IMG/VR virus record: IMGVR_UViG_3300044614_001923
Origin: a virus
Taxonomy: Duplodnaviria > Caudoviricetes
Reading direction: 5' to 3' (one strand)
DNA length: 64,000 nucleotides
Of the stretch, positions 61,691-64,000 are shown piece by piece; position 1 is the first letter of the stretch; each line of letters begins with the position of its first letter. The position numbers were made by a program, and so were the translations under genes. The notes beneath the pieces are model-generated. The model was not told the DNA's origin and ran no database searches. It saw nothing but the letters and a program-made list of their open reading frames with translations.

Positions 61691-62713
61691 CTATCTAACG
61701 TGGTGTCCACCAAACATATAACGCATTCCGTTCAAGATTTTTGCTCCGAACGATCCGAGATTGCGTGAGTTAAATCTTTCAAATAGTGCAGTAGTAATAA
61801 CAGGAGCGGGAACCCCCAAGTCCACAGCGGCAGAAACAGTCCAACGACCCTCACCGCTGTCGGATACGCCTCCAGAGAACTGTTTAAGGCTACCATCCCT
61901 GCGTAGCACATCAGCAGTAAGATCGAGTAACCAAGACCCAACCACGCTACCACGACGCCATAGCTCAGCAACCTCAGCAACGTCAATGTCATAGCAATAG
62001 GATTCTGGATCTGCCATCGGGGCAACTTCTGCGTCACCTTCTCTAACATATTGGGCACCTGCGTTAGCATTCTTTAAAATATTGAAACCTTCGGCATATG
62101 CTTGCATAATACCATACTCAATACCATTATGCACCATCTTTACAAAGTGTCCTGCACCTGGACCGCCACAATGTAACCAACCATATTCGGCAGAAGTCAC
62201 ATCAGATGTTGGATCCGTTCTATGGCAGGAGTGAATATCTGGGGAGAGGGCGGAGAATATCTTTGAACAAGTGGTGACTGCAGTATTTCCACCTCCAACC
62301 ATAAGACAGTATCCACGATCCAAACCATAAACACCACCGCTAGTGCCACAATCAATATATTGGATACCCATTTTTGCCAGACGTTCTGCTCTCTTCCGAC
62401 TGTCTTTAAAATTGCTATTGCCATGATCAATAATAATATCTCCTTCACTACAATATCGTAGTAACTCATTGATTGTCTCCTCTACTGTTTCGGCAGGCAC
62501 AACCATTTGAAAAATGCCTGGTTGGTCATTTGTTTTAACTGCTTTAACAAGATTTTCAATTGTATCTTCTACACCAGAAACATATCCTTTTTCAAATGCT
62601 TCTTTTGCTTTTTCATAATTTCTACGATAACCCCAGACTTCAATACCTGATTTCATCATACGACGGGACATTCCTTCTCCCATGCGACCCAATCCAATTA
62701 ATCCAACTTTCAT
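61691..62713 (-). CDS. gnd: 6-phosphogluconate dehydrogenase (short decarboxylating type)
   Basis: IGLGRMG, IIDHGNS, DCGTSGG, GHFVKMVHNGIEYG.MQAYAEG, DSGEGRW, MRYMFGGH. Confidence 0.93.
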   Translation of the reverse strand: MKVGLIGLGRMGEGMSRRMMKSGIEVWGYRRNYEKAKEAFEKGYVSGVEDTIENLVKAVKTNDQPGIFQMVVPAETVEETINELLRYCSEGDIIIDHGNSNFKDSRKRAERLAKMGIQYIDCGTSGGVYGLDRGYCLMVGGGNTAVTTCSKIFSALSPDIHSCHRTDPTSDVTSAEYGWLHCGGPGAGHFVKMVHNGIEYGIMQAYAEGFNILKNANAGAQYVREGDAEVAPMADPESYCYDIDVAEVAELWRRGSVVGSWLLDLTADVLRRDGSLKQFSGGVSDSGEGRWTVSAAVDLGVPAPVITTALFERFNSRNLGSFGAKILNGMRYMFGGHHVR

Positions 62714-62920
62714 TTAATACTCCCAAGATTCGTACTGTTGTCTAAAATAAACATCCACTTTATTCAAACTATCAAGATGAATATCGCATTTATAATTATG
62801 TTCATCACACCACTCTAATGCAAATGCATGAAATCTTTCTTCACTTTTGACTTTGTTTACTCCATAAATTCTAGCAAAAGAAGACATTACAAAATGCCAA
62901 CATTGATGCTCTGGTTTCAT
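62714..62920 (-). CDS. Hypothetical protein
   Basis: HQCWHFVMSSFARIYGV; abuts gnd. Confidence 0.55.
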   Translation of the reverse strand: MKPEHQCWHFVMSSFARIYGVNKVKSEERFHAFALEWCDEHNYKCDIHLDSLNKVDVYFRQQYESWEY

Positions 62921-63116
62921 TGCGAATAAGCATGGTTAAGTCCCCATACTATAAAATATCCAATAAGACCAAAAATGGTTACACTTGATAAGATTAGTTT
63001 AATCATCCTCCTCGTCCTCGTAAGTTGATGGTTCCTCGAATAGTTCTTCCATTTTTTGTTGCAGAACCCTTTCTTGCAATCCTTTTAAATCTTCTTCTGT
63101 AAATCTAAACACCATA

Positions 63117-63383
63117 CTAATTTAGAGTAACATTAAGCCATGGAAATATTGGAGGAATTACTCCAATAAGTCTAAGAAGACCTTCAGCGAAAAGTGCAAG
63201 AACAACCCAACCAACACACATTGAAATAATCGCAGCATTACGATTGTGTTTGCGTATTGCATCATCAATCATCTCTTTGCATTCTTCCTGAGTGATTAGT
63301 CTTTCTGGGTTCGATTTGTTCATTTGGCAATTCATGAATTTTGGCGATACCAATAACGGGAAGCATAACAAGGGAAAATCCAA
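63117..63383 (-). CDS. Small membrane protein
   Basis: ECKEMIDDAIRKHNRNA.IISMCVGWVVLALFAEGLLRL; likely start at MNKSN. Confidence 0.55.
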   Translation of the reverse strand: MDFPLLCFPLLVSPKFMNCQMNKSNPERLITQEECKEMIDDAIRKHNRNAAIISMCVGWVVLALFAEGLLRLIGVIPPIFPWLNVTLN

Positions 63384-63455
63384 GAATTCCCAAACACACT
63401 TGATTATTTAATATTTCAACTACCAATTTAGCGATCATTATGATGATCTCCTGAC

Positions 63456-63722
63456 TTAATCTTCTGTGGTGAATTTATTTTCTAAACTATAAAGTCTTTT
63501 TTCCCAAGTATCTCCACCTTCTCTTCCTTTGCAAGGATTAATACAGGTAGAATCTCCATGTTTATTGCAAACAAGACCTGCAAGATCTAATTCAGATCCA
63601 TCCTTACTAACTCCTGTTCCTGTCCAAACGTGCTTACCATTTAACCAAACGGCGCCGCACTTTGGACATTCTTTTCTCTGTAAGGAGAGATCAGAAAGTT
63701 CTCTATCGGAATTTGATTGCAT
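63456..63722 (-). CDS. Cys-rich (Zn-ribbon-like) hypothetical protein
   Basis: ECPKCGAVWLNG.H.W...DLAGLVCN.....CINP..G..GGDTWEKR. Confidence 0.6.
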   Translation of the reverse strand: MQSNSDRELSDLSLQRKECPKCGAVWLNGKHVWTGTGVSKDGSELDLAGLVCNKHGDSTCINPCKGREGGDTWEKRLYSLENKFTTED

Positions 63723-63841
63723 GAGATACCTCTATTTAAACTTTTGCATTTACGCCCAGTATATCTCATCTTCCACCAAATATATATTATCAATAACAAA
63801 TCTCAATATTAGATTGTTATGAGACGATAACATTTTTAAAA

Positions 63842-63925
63842 CGGAAAGGGTGGGATTCGAACCCACGGTGCTCATCACACGGCAGTTTTCAAGACTGCTG
63901 CCTTAAACCACTCGGCCACCTTTCC
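63842..63925 (-). tRNA. tRNA-Ser(TGA)
   Basis: GGAAAGG/CCTTTCC acceptor stem, GCAGT-CTTGAAA-ACTGC anticodon arm, long variable arm, GGTTCGAATCC. Confidence 0.92.
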
Positions 63926-64000
63926 AATATTGGAGGTTGTTTATTAACGAACCTCAAAGTCTAGTTTACGGACTTTACGTTGTCTTCTTGCCTCTTGCCA

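Overview
The window is part of an AT-rich T4-like cyanomyovirus genome (Kyanoviridae-like; host probably Synechococcus/Cyanobium). Almost all genes are on the minus strand. From left to right it contains: (1) baseplate/tail genes gp51, gp26, gp54-like, gp4, gp2, gp48, gp53; (2) replication/transcription genes gp32, gp59, gp33, an exonuclease, phoH and thyX; (3) a nitrogen-sensing cassette made of an NtcA box, a sigma70 promoter, a glutamine riboswitch and DUF4278, next to speD; (4) about 16 kb of large repetitive virion/fibre genes; (5) auxiliary metabolic genes petF, talC, a LOG-family gene, psbD, psbA, a peroxiredoxin, two hli genes, pstS with a pho box, and a cyanobacterial porin; (6) a 14 kb glycan-biosynthesis island of 16 genes headed by a wcaG-like RNA; (7) four tRNAs, including an unusual Ile-UAU, and gnd. 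The strongest finding is a probable programmed -1 ribosomal frameshift. An A_AAA_AAG heptamer sits directly before the stop codon of a C39-like peptidase gene and is followed by a perfect 13-bp hairpin. Slippage would fuse the peptidase to a GH24 lysozyme frame whose catalytic residues have no start codon of their own. All family assignments come from motif recognition by eye, not from database searches.
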